Source of the DNA: a virus | Lineage: Duplodnaviria; Caudoviricetes | DNA length: 64,000 nucleotides | IMG/VR virus record: IMGVR_UViG_3300015607_004925 | Coordinates: 120,916-184,915 of that record | Strand: one strand, 5' to 3' | Shown: piece after piece, positions 55,650 to 64,000 of the stretch | Layout of the letters: each line of letters begins with the position of its first letter | Numbering within the stretch: the first letter of the stretch is position 1 | Notes under the pieces: model-generated | The model's database searches: none | Seen by the model: the letters and a program-made list of their open reading frames with translations, nothing else | Told to the model about the DNA's origin: nothing | Position numbers and translations under genes: made by a program

Positions 55650-55898
55650 GTGGCGACGGTTTATGCGCTCGACACGCGGCGAAACCTGAAGGTCCGCTAT
55701 GGCGGTCTGGTTCACTACGCCATGACCGAACAGCTCGTCGTGTCTTCGGCGGGAAGGTCGACGTCACAGGTGCTGCCATACGGCGCCCTTTGTGGGGCGT
55801 ATTTTGGCACGACCGACGAGACGCCCGCCTATCTCGAGAACGCCAAGACGGTCATGGTGACATGTGTCGCGTGCTTGGGTGATCGGAGACGTCGATGA
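55650..55898 (+). CDS. HC3-like finger family member 53
   Basis: GGLVH...ALCG...MVTCVAC. Confidence 0.7.
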   Translation: MATVYALDTRRNLKVRYGGLVHYAMTEQLVVSSAGRSTSQVLPYGALCGAYFGTTDETPAYLENAKTVMVTCVACLGDRRRR

Positions 55899-56269
55899 AC
55901 AGGTGGTCGCGGGTGGTGCGTTGGTTTCGCAATTTCATCGAGGCGAAGGAGTGGGACCAGTATGCGATCGAGAGCCTCGCGGCCATCTACACCGACGAGA
56001 ACGACATGACTTATCGTCTCGCGCGTCGCACGCGCGACGCGGACACGGGCATCGTGCACATCAAGGACGTCGTGTCCGGCACGCTTTCGTACTGCGGCCA
56101 GGGCTTCGCCGTGTCCACGATCGACACGACCGTGAAGCATACCGCGGCGCCCACGTGCGTGTTCTGCATCGCCGGGATGCGCGCAGGGCTGCCGCAGTGG
56201 CGCTTCCTCGCTCCCGACACGGTCTACCGACGCACTATCGAAGAAGGCCTCCGTGACCGAGGCGACTGA
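55895..56269 (+). CDS. HC3-like finger family member 54
   Basis: DADTGIVH...SYCG...APTCVFC. Confidence 0.72.
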   Translation: MNRWSRVVRWFRNFIEAKEWDQYAIESLAAIYTDENDMTYRLARRTRDADTGIVHIKDVVSGTLSYCGQGFAVSTIDTTVKHTAAPTCVFCIAGMRAGLPQWRFLAPDTVYRRTIEEGLRDRGD

Positions 56270-56442
56270 CCCGGACCTCGCGTTCCCCAGTCGACGAGCG
56301 CTTCCCGACGTGCGTGCGCTGCATGACGGCCGCGTTCGAGCAGGCCGCCGCGGCCGCCGTGCGTCGCGCCGAGGTGACGGCCTACGGTAGCTCGATCGCT
56401 GACAGCTTCCTGCGCACGCTGCGCGCGGTCCGCCGCAAGTAA
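56253..56442 (+). pseudogene. Truncated/frameshifted HC3-family relic
   Basis: GTG start (MTEATDPDLAF) is out of frame with FPTCVRCMTAAF...RRK*; His and first Cys absent. Confidence 0.45.
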
Positions 56443-56454
56443 CTGGAGGCGCCG

Positions 56455-56868
56455 ATGCCGACCTACGAGGACACCCAGCACGCTGGGATCGTCCACATCT
56501 TTCGTTACATGAACAAGGAGCGCCGCGCCGGGCTCACCTGCTGCGGCATGTACGTCGAGTTCCGGCCGACGACGCTGCTCGAGATGGCCCCGACGTGCGT
56601 GCTGTGCGTGGGCTACATCCCGCCGCGGTGCGAGTGCCCGCTGTACCGCAAGGGCAACCTGATCGCGGGCCACCGCGCGTACTGCCCCGTCGTCGAGGGC
56701 TTCGACGCCGTCGAGGGCTTCGACGCCGTCGAGGAGCGCATCGAGGACATCGTGTGCTGGTGCGTCCAGCGCGGCACCCACAACAAGGAGTGCGACGCCG
56801 ACGGGTTCTGCCAGGAGTGCGGCTACCAGTTCGACGACTCCAACGTGCGCTTGCTGAGGGACGTGTGA
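56455..56868 (+). CDS. HC3-like finger family member 55 (extra Cys-rich modules)
   Basis: AGIVH...TCCG...APTCVLC; 18-bp duplication VEGFDA x2. Confidence 0.7.
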   Translation: MPTYEDTQHAGIVHIFRYMNKERRAGLTCCGMYVEFRPTTLLEMAPTCVLCVGYIPPRCECPLYRKGNLIAGHRAYCPVVEGFDAVEGFDAVEERIEDIVCWCVQRGTHNKECDADGFCQECGYQFDDSNVRLLRDV

Positions 56869-57488
56869 GCACCAAGATCTGGAACGCCTTCCGCCTGCGG
56901 CGCGGCTTCGACCTGTGGGAGGTCATGACCGAGATCCAGGAGCGCGGCCGCAAGCGCGCGACCGCCACCCTCGCCAAGTTCATGTGGGGGCTCACGGAGA
57001 ACCCGGCCAACGCCTCCGCCTTCGGGCTGATCCTCAAGTTGGAGGCCGACAAGAGCGAGCTGGCGCGGGTGATGGAGATCAGCCGCGCCACCTTCCTGGC
57101 CTACCGCGAGCAGATCGGCAAGAGCGAGCGCAACGTGTTCGACCTGGACGTGTCGGTCGCGGTCCACAAGGTGGGACGGCGGTACCTGTTCCGCCCGTTC
57201 TCTGGCTCCGGTCTGCTGTCGAGCACCCTCGCCTTCATGGCCAAGATGCCCGCGCTGGAGGACTACCACTACCAGAACTCGTCCGACCGTCCCGAGGAGA
57301 TCGGGGCTCGCGCCTGGGCTGCCCGCGCGGCGACCTGGGACCGGGCGATGTACCCCAACTGGAATTGGCGCCCCTTCCTCGCGCTCGACGTGGTCAGCGT
57401 GAACGGGTGGCACGAGATCGACCCGGGGGCCGAGTTGATGCGCAAGGCATTCATCGCTGCCAACCAGGCGAAGAAGCCGTCACCGTAA
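56865..57488 (+). CDS. Hypothetical phage protein
   Basis: MSTKIWNAFR...DYHYQNSSDRPEEI...W...W. Confidence 0.7.
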   Translation: MSTKIWNAFRLRRGFDLWEVMTEIQERGRKRATATLAKFMWGLTENPANASAFGLILKLEADKSELARVMEISRATFLAYREQIGKSERNVFDLDVSVAVHKVGRRYLFRPFSGSGLLSSTLAFMAKMPALEDYHYQNSSDRPEEIGARAWAARAATWDRAMYPNWNWRPFLALDVVSVNGWHEIDPGAELMRKAFIAANQAKKPSP

Positions 57489-57521
57489 CCGTCCGCTTTT
57501 CGGACGAGAAAGCCTAGCCAC

Positions 57522-58853
57522 ATGCGTAAGATCCACATCATCGGCGGCGGTACCGTCGCCCACATCCGTCCGCACCTCGCCCTCGCCGCACCTGCGTACG
57601 GGGCGACGGTGCGTGACCTCTTCAACGCCATCACGTTCGCCGTGGATGCGGATGAGTATCTCGTCCAGCTCTACACGACGAAGATGGCCGGCAACCGCCA
57701 CCAGATCTGGACACGGCGTGTGGGCATGGACGACGGCGAGCCGCCCAATCTCGAGACCAACGCGGACATCGCCAAGCTCCTCGAGCAGATCGTCGCGGAT
57801 CCCGATCCGTCCATCGTCTTCCTGCCGGCGGCGCTGTGCGACTTCGACGTCGAGCACCTCCACGAGTTCCACGAAGGCATCGACACCGTCGCGCACAAAG
57901 GCTTGCCGGGCAAGGATCGGCCGCGGCTGTCGTCGCAGAACAAGCACACCATCTCCCTGACGCCCGCGGCCAAGGTCATCCAGCTCGTCCGCAAGGTGCG
58001 CAAGGACATCTTCCTCGTCGGCTTCAAGACGACGACCGGCGCCGAGAAGCAGGCGCAGTTCAACGCCGGCCTCGCGCTGATGAAGCAGTCGTCGTGCAAC
58101 CTCGTGCTCGCGAACGACCTCGTGACCCGGCTCAACATGGTCATCACGCCCGAGCAGGCGCCGTACTTCGTGTCGACGAACCGCTGGCACGTGCTGCGTC
58201 AGCTCGTCGGCATGGCGCTCGTGCGCGCGCGCGGCCGCTTCACGCGCACGCGGGTCGTCGACCCCGGCTGCACGCCGGTCGGCTGGAACGGCGACGGCGT
58301 GCCGGCGTCCTTGCGCGAGGTCGTCAACCACTGCATCAAGCGTGGCGCCTACAAGCCCTTCATGGGCAAGACGGTCGGCCACTTCGCGTTCAAGCAGAGT
58401 GAGGACACGTTCGTCACCTCGCGGCGCGGCGTCGACTTCAACCAGCTCGACAAGTACGGCATGGTGCTCGTGAAGGCCGACGGGGACGACAAGGTGACCG
58501 CCTACGGATACCGCCCGTCGGTCGGTGGCCAGAGCCAGCGCATCATCTTCCGCGACCACCCGGACGTCGACTGCATCGTGCACTTCCACTGCCCGCTGCG
58601 CCCTGACACCGACCACACGTTCCCGGTGCGTTCGCAGGGTCCGTACGAGTGCGGCAGCCACGAGTGCGGCGACAACACGAGCGGCGGCCTCGAGTCGGTC
58701 ATCGTCGACGGGCAGGGCCGTCGTGCCAAGGCCGTCATGCTCGACAAGCACGGGCCCAACATCGTGTTCGACCGCAACATGGACCCGAAGCTCGTCATCG
58801 ACTTCATCGAGCGGCACTGGGATCTCGACCATGCGACCAGCGAGGTACCATGA
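57522..58853 (+). CDS. CoaB-like (phosphopantothenate-cysteine ligase fold) fused to class II aldolase/adducin-like domain
   Basis: N: IGGGT, AALCDF, FLVGFK, NLVLAND; C: VGHFA...FVTSRRG...DCIVHFH...LDKHG. Confidence 0.68.
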   Translation: MRKIHIIGGGTVAHIRPHLALAAPAYGATVRDLFNAITFAVDADEYLVQLYTTKMAGNRHQIWTRRVGMDDGEPPNLETNADIAKLLEQIVADPDPSIVFLPAALCDFDVEHLHEFHEGIDTVAHKGLPGKDRPRLSSQNKHTISLTPAAKVIQLVRKVRKDIFLVGFKTTTGAEKQAQFNAGLALMKQSSCNLVLANDLVTRLNMVITPEQAPYFVSTNRWHVLRQLVGMALVRARGRFTRTRVVDPGCTPVGWNGDGVPASLREVVNHCIKRGAYKPFMGKTVGHFAFKQSEDTFVTSRRGVDFNQLDKYGMVLVKADGDDKVTAYGYRPSVGGQSQRIIFRDHPDVDCIVHFHCPLRPDTDHTFPVRSQGPYECGSHECGDNTSGGLESVIVDGQGRRAKAVMLDKHGPNIVFDRNMDPKLVIDFIERHWDLDHATSEVP

Positions 58854-59140
58854 AGACCTTCCGTGAAGAGCTGACCATGCTGTGTCGGCAGATGCGTTAC
58901 TGGCCACCCGAGCTGCGGGGACCCGCCATTCTCGCCTTCTGTGCGAAGTACAACCTCCTCGTCCGGTGGTACTGGGTGCGAGACCCCTTCGCGTCGTTCG
59001 GCTTGTTCACCGTCGGCGTCGTGCTCCGGCTTACCGTGCCGGGTGTGCCCGAGTTGACGATGACGACGGCGGTGTCGCATCGCCTGCCGCGCCGCGGCTT
59101 GCGCGCGGCCCTCGCCCGCGAGGTCACAAGCCTGCCATGA
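58850..59140 (+). CDS. Hypothetical protein
   Basis: GAGGT RBS, ATGA overlaps. Confidence 0.55.
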   Translation: MKTFREELTMLCRQMRYWPPELRGPAILAFCAKYNLLVRWYWVRDPFASFGLFTVGVVLRLTVPGVPELTMTTAVSHRLPRRGLRAALAREVTSLP

Positions 59141-59550
59141 CGCTGGATCAGCTCTACGCGAAGCTCAGCGCGCTGGTCGACACGTACGCCATCTATCACG
59201 GCGGCTCCACGGTACCGTGGCGGTCGAAGAAGCTCGACACCATCGAGGCCATCCTGCACGAGCTGGTGCACGGTGTCTGTCTTGGCGACCCCAACCTCTG
59301 CTGCGACATCGAGGGCAACCTGCCCCTCGACGTTGAGGGCCGTGACGCCCAGGAGCTGAAGACCCTGCGCGTCGAGCGTCGCGTGTTCGCGCTACTCAAG
59401 CATCCGCTGTCGCGGCGCAAGGCGTTGCAGATCTTCGACGCCGCGATGTTCGATGGCAACACCCCCACGCGCGCCCGCTTCGAGGCGCCGCTCACGTTGC
59501 GCGAGGAGCGGCTCGCCCGCAAGACCGTGCGGCTCATCGAGGCCGCGTAG
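59137..59550 (+). CDS. HExxH-motif protein
   Basis: ILHELVHG...QE. Confidence 0.55.
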   Translation: MTLDQLYAKLSALVDTYAIYHGGSTVPWRSKKLDTIEAILHELVHGVCLGDPNLCCDIEGNLPLDVEGRDAQELKTLRVERRVFALLKHPLSRRKALQIFDAAMFDGNTPTRARFEAPLTLREERLARKTVRLIEAA

Positions 59551-59784
59551 ATGCCCTGGCGTTGCGCCCTATACGGGCGCGTTCGCAACGCCGGCCTCGT
59601 ACACATCGTTTATGTTGAAGGAAAGGAGGATCGCGTGTGGTGGACCGCGGAGTGCGGCCTGCGCTGGGCTCACCGCGAGAACCGTGATAGGACGCTCGCG
59701 CCCAAGACCACCAAGGCGCGCGCGACGTGCCTGCGCTGCCTCTACCTGCATCTCAAGCACGGGTGGACGCCGTGGCCGGGATGA
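59551..59784 (+). CDS. HC3-like finger family member 56
   Basis: NAGLVH...AECG...RATCLRC. Confidence 0.72.
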   Translation: MPWRCALYGRVRNAGLVHIVYVEGKEDRVWWTAECGLRWAHRENRDRTLAPKTTKARATCLRCLYLHLKHGWTPWPG

Positions 59785-60053
59785 AGCTGCTGGGCCCTGG
59801 CCCGCCGCCGCCCGAGCCCGCCGACATTCGCGACATCACGTGGATGTCCGTTGAAGGCTTGGTCCACGTGGTGTTCGCCATGCACGGCTCGATGCTGACG
59901 ACCCGTTGCATGATCCCGGACTTGCGCAAGCGCAACCAGTTCGGGCATGTTTATCCCGCACGTACCTCCGAGTATCTCGATCACGAGCTGGGGTTCGTGT
60001 GGCTGCAACCAATCACCTGTCTCTGGTGTGCCATAGACCGATGGAGGCCCTGA
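59781..60053 (+). CDS. HC3-like finger family member 57
   Basis: EGLVH...TRC...PITCLWC. Confidence 0.7.
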   Translation: MKLLGPGPPPPEPADIRDITWMSVEGLVHVVFAMHGSMLTTRCMIPDLRKRNQFGHVYPARTSEYLDHELGFVWLQPITCLWCAIDRWRP

Positions 60054-60307
60054 TGCCTACCAAGAAGGCCCGGCCGCGCGACGCCCTCACCGCACGCGAG
60101 CACGCGGTCGCGAAGCTCGTCGTCGCGGGCTACTCGAACAAGATCATCGCCGCGCGGCTGGGCATCAGTGCGCACACGGCGAAGTTCCACGTCAACAACT
60201 TCGTCATCAAGATGGGCGCGCAGACGCGCGTCGACGCCGCCGTGAAGTATGCCGTCGCGCTCATCGTGCGCGACGCGGCGACGCCGGCGAACTTGGTGCC
60301 GGTGTGA
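60053..60307 (+). CDS. Stand-alone LuxR/GerE-type HTH regulator
   Basis: LTAREHAVAKLVVAGYSNKIIAARLGISAHTAKFHVNNFVIKMG. Confidence 0.88.
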   Translation: MPTKKARPRDALTAREHAVAKLVVAGYSNKIIAARLGISAHTAKFHVNNFVIKMGAQTRVDAAVKYAVALIVRDAATPANLVPV

Positions 60308-60322
60308 GGAAAGCGAAACACC

Positions 60323-60736
60323 ATGTCCATGTCTGACGTGATCAAGGCACAGATCCCCGGCTGGCTTGCGGGCAAGGCGCTCGACGCGATCGTCGACCAC
60401 TACACGCCGAGTCCGCAGGGCTACGACGCGCAGGAGGTCTGTGAGAGCTTCGGGCTGCCGGCGACCGCGACGCGCGAGCAGATCCGTGCGTGCGTGACCA
60501 AGGAGGTCATGAACCCCGCGCGCTGGGCGCGTCAGAGCAAGACGCGCTGGGATGCCGGCGACGGCTGGGTGCCGGACGTCGCCGGCACGTCGGCGCCAGC
60601 AGGGGTCGACCTCACCAAGCATCGTTGGCGCGTTTTCGCGCATCGCCATCCGATGATCGGTGACAACTTTCGGTTGGAGGTACTGACCGACCCCGCCGAC
60701 CGCGAGATCGTCGCGTGGACGTTGATCGTCGACTAG
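60323..60736 (+). CDS. Hypothetical protein
   Basis: GAGGA RBS; followed by hairpin 60732-60754. Confidence 0.6.
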   Translation: MSMSDVIKAQIPGWLAGKALDAIVDHYTPSPQGYDAQEVCESFGLPATATREQIRACVTKEVMNPARWARQSKTRWDAGDGWVPDVAGTSAPAGVDLTKHRWRVFAHRHPMIGDNFRLEVLTDPADREIVAWTLIVD

Positions 60737-60831
60737 CCAAGACATCTTGGTAGTCCGTCGAAGCCTTGGGCCACGCGGGTTCGTCCTGCGTCCGTGCACG
60801 TGAACCACTACACACCTACCGGAGAACTTCC

Positions 60832-61287
60832 GTGAACAAGAACACGCCATCCGAGCCGCCATCCGAGACGTCATCCGAGACGTCATCCGTCGCCCGTGAA
60901 CTCGTCGCCATGCTGTGTCCGAAGTGCTGGCGCCACAAGATCATCGAGGTATCTCTCGACGTAGCTGCGACGGGTCGTCTCGACCGCGCGCACGGCAACT
61001 GTGTCTGTGCCTCGGGCTACTTCGGCACCAACACCCCGCTCTTGCGACATCCCGATCAGGCCGAGACGCGGATCGCGATCCTCACGCACGAGCGCGACAT
61101 GTACAAGCAGCTCGCCGAGTACTGGCAGAAGTCCGGCGATGGGAAGGACATCGAGCTGCGCGCCATCAAGGAGACGCTCGATCGCCTCGGGCGTAGCGCG
61201 ACGCCGTACCCGTGCGCCTGTCCTGGTCGGTTCGGCCCGTTCGGCCCGTTCGGCCCGTTCGGCTCGTACGGTCCGCAGTCGCGCTGA
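60832..61287 (+). CDS. Hypothetical protein with micro-repeats
   Basis: 12-bp CATCCGAGACGT-type repeats (SEPPSETSSETSS); 9-bp GTTCGGCCC repeats (FGPFGPFGPFG); CPKC...CVC. Confidence 0.55.
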   Translation: MNKNTPSEPPSETSSETSSVARELVAMLCPKCWRHKIIEVSLDVAATGRLDRAHGNCVCASGYFGTNTPLLRHPDQAETRIAILTHERDMYKQLAEYWQKSGDGKDIELRAIKETLDRLGRSATPYPCACPGRFGPFGPFGPFGSYGPQSR

Positions 61288-61336
61288 CGCGTCGCCACGT
61301 CCACCACACCCACCGCACCTACGAGGAGACCTCCCT

Positions 61337-63412
61337 GTGACCGACAACTTCCCGCGCTTTGCCAAGCTCGTTGCCCAGTCCTTCCAGGCCATCGCCAAGA
61401 CCGCACAGGTCTACGTCACCAACATCGACGGTGACGCGCTGTACCAGCGCTACCTGGCGGCCTTTCCCGAGGGAACCAACCCCGTCTTTAAGAAGTTCAC
61501 GGAGCACGAGTGCTCGTGCTGCAAGCAGTTCATCCGGCGCGCGGGCAACGTCGTCATGGTCGACGCGCAGGGCAACATCCACACCGTCTGGGGCGAGGCG
61601 GCCAAGAAGGCGCCGTACCCCTACAACCGAGTCGCGGAGGCTCTCCATCTCACGGTGGGTTTGGCGGACATCGCTGACCTCTACCGCGTCAGCCAGAAGG
61701 AGACGAGCTTCGGTGCCGCGACTTCGCGGTCTCTCGACGACGGAGGCAAGGTCCTCACCTGGAACCACCTCTACACCGACGCGATTCCCAAGGCGTTGCA
61801 GGCAGCGTCGCCGGACCAGGTCCGGGGTGACTACCGTACCACGGTGCAGGTCTTCACGCGCGGCCTCGTCGAGCTGGCGCCCTCGGCGCTGGACACGGTG
61901 CTCGCGCTCATCGAGGCGAACAACCTCTACCGCGGCGCCGAGCACAAGCGCGCTGTCGTGGAGTTCATGACGGCGCAGCGTGCCTTCCAGGGCAAGACGT
62001 CGCGGGAGCAGGCCATCTTCGCGTGGACCAACGCCGTCGGCCCGGCGTCGCGCTTCCGCAACACGGTCATCGGCACGCTCGTGCAGGACCTCAGCGAGGG
62101 CGTCGACGTCGAGCACGCCGTGAAGTCCTTCGAGACGAAGGTCGCGCCGACCAACTACAAGCGCACGAGCGCGCTCATCACGCCGGGCATGGTCAAGAAG
62201 GCGATGGAGACCATCGAGGCGCTCGGGCTCGAGCCGGCGCTCGAGCGCCGCTTCGCGACCATCAAGGACATCTCGGTCAACGACGTGAAGTGGGTCGACG
62301 GCAGCGTCAAGCCCGCGATGAAGGGCGGCATCGGCGACGTGCTGATGCAGGCCGCGACGTCGGGACCGACCAACACGAAGAAGGACGAGGAGCGCGCCGA
62401 GGACATCGGGCTCGAGGCCTTCGTCGAGCGCATCCTGCCCGAGGCGACCGGGATGGAGGTCTTCCTCAAGGGCGAGCACCTCGGCAACCTCATGTCGCTC
62501 ACCGCGCCCGTGCACCCGGAGCCGCAGCAGCTGTTCCGCTGGAACAACGACTTCGCGTGGAGCTACTGCGGCAACATCACCGACTCGATCGCCGACCGCG
62601 TGAAGAAGGCCGGCGGCAAGGTCGAGGGCGCTACGCTGCGCGTGTCGCTGTCGTGGTTCAACTACGACGACCTCGACCTCCACGTCCACGAGCCGGCGGG
62701 GCGCGGCAGCGCCGGGGTGCGCGACCACATCTTCTACGCCAACAGGCGCGGCTGGACTGGCGGCACGCTCGACGTCGACATGAACGCCGGCGGCGGCACG
62801 ACCCGCGAGGCGGTCGAGAACGTCGTCTGGATGAGCGAGATGCCCAGCGGTGCCTACAAGGTCATCGTCAACAACTTCTCGAAGCGCGAGTCGAGCGACG
62901 TCGGCTTCGTCATCGAGATCGAGAACGCGGGCAAGCTCTCGCACTTCTCCTACAACAAGGCCGTCCGCGACAAGCAGGACATCCACGTGGTGACGCTGCA
63001 CGTGGAGCGCGGGCGCATCGAGCGCGTCGAGATCGGCGACCCCGCGATCACCGCGTCGAACCTCTCGCAGGCGAAGTGGGGGCTGTCGACCGAGCAGTAC
63101 GTCAAGGTCGACGCCGTCACGCTCAGCCCCAACTACTGGGGCGACAACGCCGTGGGCAACAAGCACACGTTCTTCGTCCTGCACGGCGCGAAGAACGACG
63201 AGCCCACGCGCGGCATCTACAACGAGTTCCTGCACCCACGCCTCGAGCAGCACCGCAAGGTGTTCGAGGTGATCGGCGACAAGACGAAGTGCCAGCCGAC
63301 CGACGGCCAGCTCTCGGGCCTCGGCTTCTCGTCGACGAAGCGCACGAACGTGCTCGTGCGCGTCCAGCAGGGCAAGAAGCAGCGCCTCTTCAACGTGCAC
63401 GTCGGTGCGTGA
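61337..63412 (+). CDS. Large phage protein with YfaP/DUF2135-like domain
   Basis: GAGGAG RBS; HECSCCKQF; LRVSLSWFNYDDLDLHV...GTLDVDMN...VENVVW; LSGLGFSST. Confidence 0.7.
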   Translation: MTDNFPRFAKLVAQSFQAIAKTAQVYVTNIDGDALYQRYLAAFPEGTNPVFKKFTEHECSCCKQFIRRAGNVVMVDAQGNIHTVWGEAAKKAPYPYNRVAEALHLTVGLADIADLYRVSQKETSFGAATSRSLDDGGKVLTWNHLYTDAIPKALQAASPDQVRGDYRTTVQVFTRGLVELAPSALDTVLALIEANNLYRGAEHKRAVVEFMTAQRAFQGKTSREQAIFAWTNAVGPASRFRNTVIGTLVQDLSEGVDVEHAVKSFETKVAPTNYKRTSALITPGMVKKAMETIEALGLEPALERRFATIKDISVNDVKWVDGSVKPAMKGGIGDVLMQAATSGPTNTKKDEERAEDIGLEAFVERILPEATGMEVFLKGEHLGNLMSLTAPVHPEPQQLFRWNNDFAWSYCGNITDSIADRVKKAGGKVEGATLRVSLSWFNYDDLDLHVHEPAGRGSAGVRDHIFYANRRGWTGGTLDVDMNAGGGTTREAVENVVWMSEMPSGAYKVIVNNFSKRESSDVGFVIEIENAGKLSHFSYNKAVRDKQDIHVVTLHVERGRIERVEIGDPAITASNLSQAKWGLSTEQYVKVDAVTLSPNYWGDNAVGNKHTFFVLHGAKNDEPTRGIYNEFLHPRLEQHRKVFEVIGDKTKCQPTDGQLSGLGFSSTKRTNVLVRVQQGKKQRLFNVHVGA

Positions 63413-63417
63413 CGCGC

Positions 63418-63612
63418 ATGCCGACGCCGATCGATCGCCTCAAGGCGAAGTACGAGTCCGCGGAGGAGCACCTGAATGCGATCGCGAGGGCGATCGTGGA
63501 GCAGTTCAAGATCCCGGAGGCACAGCACGCCCAGGTGAAGAAGGCGGTGCACGCCGCCTTCGATGTGGGCCACCGAACAATCACCACCGACGACTGGTGC
63601 GACTTCTTCTAG
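63418..63612 (+). CDS. Hypothetical protein
   Basis: 64 aa, codon bias. Confidence 0.55.
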   Translation: MPTPIDRLKAKYESAEEHLNAIARAIVEQFKIPEAQHAQVKKAVHAAFDVGHRTITTDDWCDFF

Positions 63613-63650
63613 CGACACCCAAGACCACCAACGCAGAAAGAGACACGACC

Positions 63651-64000
63651 ATGAACGACATCTTCGAGTACGCCACCCGCAACAAGCTCCGCTTCGCGTC
63701 GATCCGCGGCGAGCTGACCATCGAGCAGCTGTGGGACGTCCCGCTGCGCTCGAAGGACGACTTCAACCTCAACACCGTCGCCAAGACGGTGAACAAGGCG
63801 CTCAAGGACATCTCGGAGGAGAGCTTCGTCGAGACGAAGCGGACCGCCGAGCACACGCGCCGCGAGATCGCCCTCGAGGCGGTGAAGTACGTCATCGACA
63901 CCAAGCTCGCCGAGGAGGCCGCCGCCGAGAAGCGCGCGGCGAACAAGCTCGAGAAGGAGAAGCTCCTGAAGATCCTCGCCGAGAAGCAGGACGGCAAGCT
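63651..64000 (+). CDS. Hypothetical phage protein (partial)
   Basis: Not in the ORF track; MNDIFEYATRNKLRFASIRGELTIEQLWDVPL..., open to window end. Confidence 0.75.
   Translation, partial: MNDIFEYATRNKLRFASIRGELTIEQLWDVPLRSKDDFNLNTVAKTVNKALKDISEESFVETKRTAEHTRREIALEAVKYVIDTKLAEEAAAEKRAANKLEKEKLLKILAEKQDGK

Noticed and set aside
24664-59963. GTTTAT half-sites at ~24664, ~45277, ~59608 and ~59949
   Set aside because: Inside coding regions with poor second half-sites; not counted as operators.
30620-60053. Diversity-generating retroelement driving finger variation
   Set aside because: No reverse transcriptase or near-identical TR/VR pair in the window, and loops vary in length; cannot be excluded elsewhere in the genome.
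30620-60053. Finger family as c-type cytochromes or thioredoxin-like proteins
   Set aside because: No CxxCH heme motif or signal peptides, too short for a thioredoxin fold; His/Cys order fits a four-ligand metal site.

Overview
High-GC segment of a large tailed bacteriophage genome (jumbo-like; host not determinable from sequence). 1-5.5 kb, minus strand: tail module. A tail assembly chaperone carries a canonical -1 frameshift signal (A_AAT_TTC, 6-nt spacer, 9-bp hairpin) into a second ORF, followed by a 1166-aa tape-measure-like protein and a tube/baseplate-like protein. 5.5-22 kb: DNA/nucleotide genes (DinG helicase, XRE HTH, RNase HII, dNMP kinase, MtrA-like domain, GHKL ATPase, divergent ThyX, GP88-like, MazG, ParB-like). 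The rest is a dense, translationally coupled accessory region, almost all on the plus strand. Main finding: by my manual count, 57 genes (plus one relic) encode one small His-Cys-CxxC zinc-finger-like scaffold, (D)Gx(V/I/R)H-x~8-30-C-x~13-50-(P/V/I/A)TC(V/L/I)xC, with hypervariable loops. They form tandem arrays at 30.6-34.7, 37.5-43.1 and 52.6-56.9 kb, and some are fused to winged-helix, nuclease-dead HNH or DnaJ-like fingers. Also found: a 15-bp palindrome GTTTAT-N3-ATAAAC at about 10 gene starts; an initiator-like tRNA-Met with a flipped 3GC pair; a Myb/SANT-like gene between 8-bp tandem repeats and an AT-rich origin-like gap; and a CoaB-like/class II aldolase fusion. All functional calls come from motif recognition by eye; no database searches were run.
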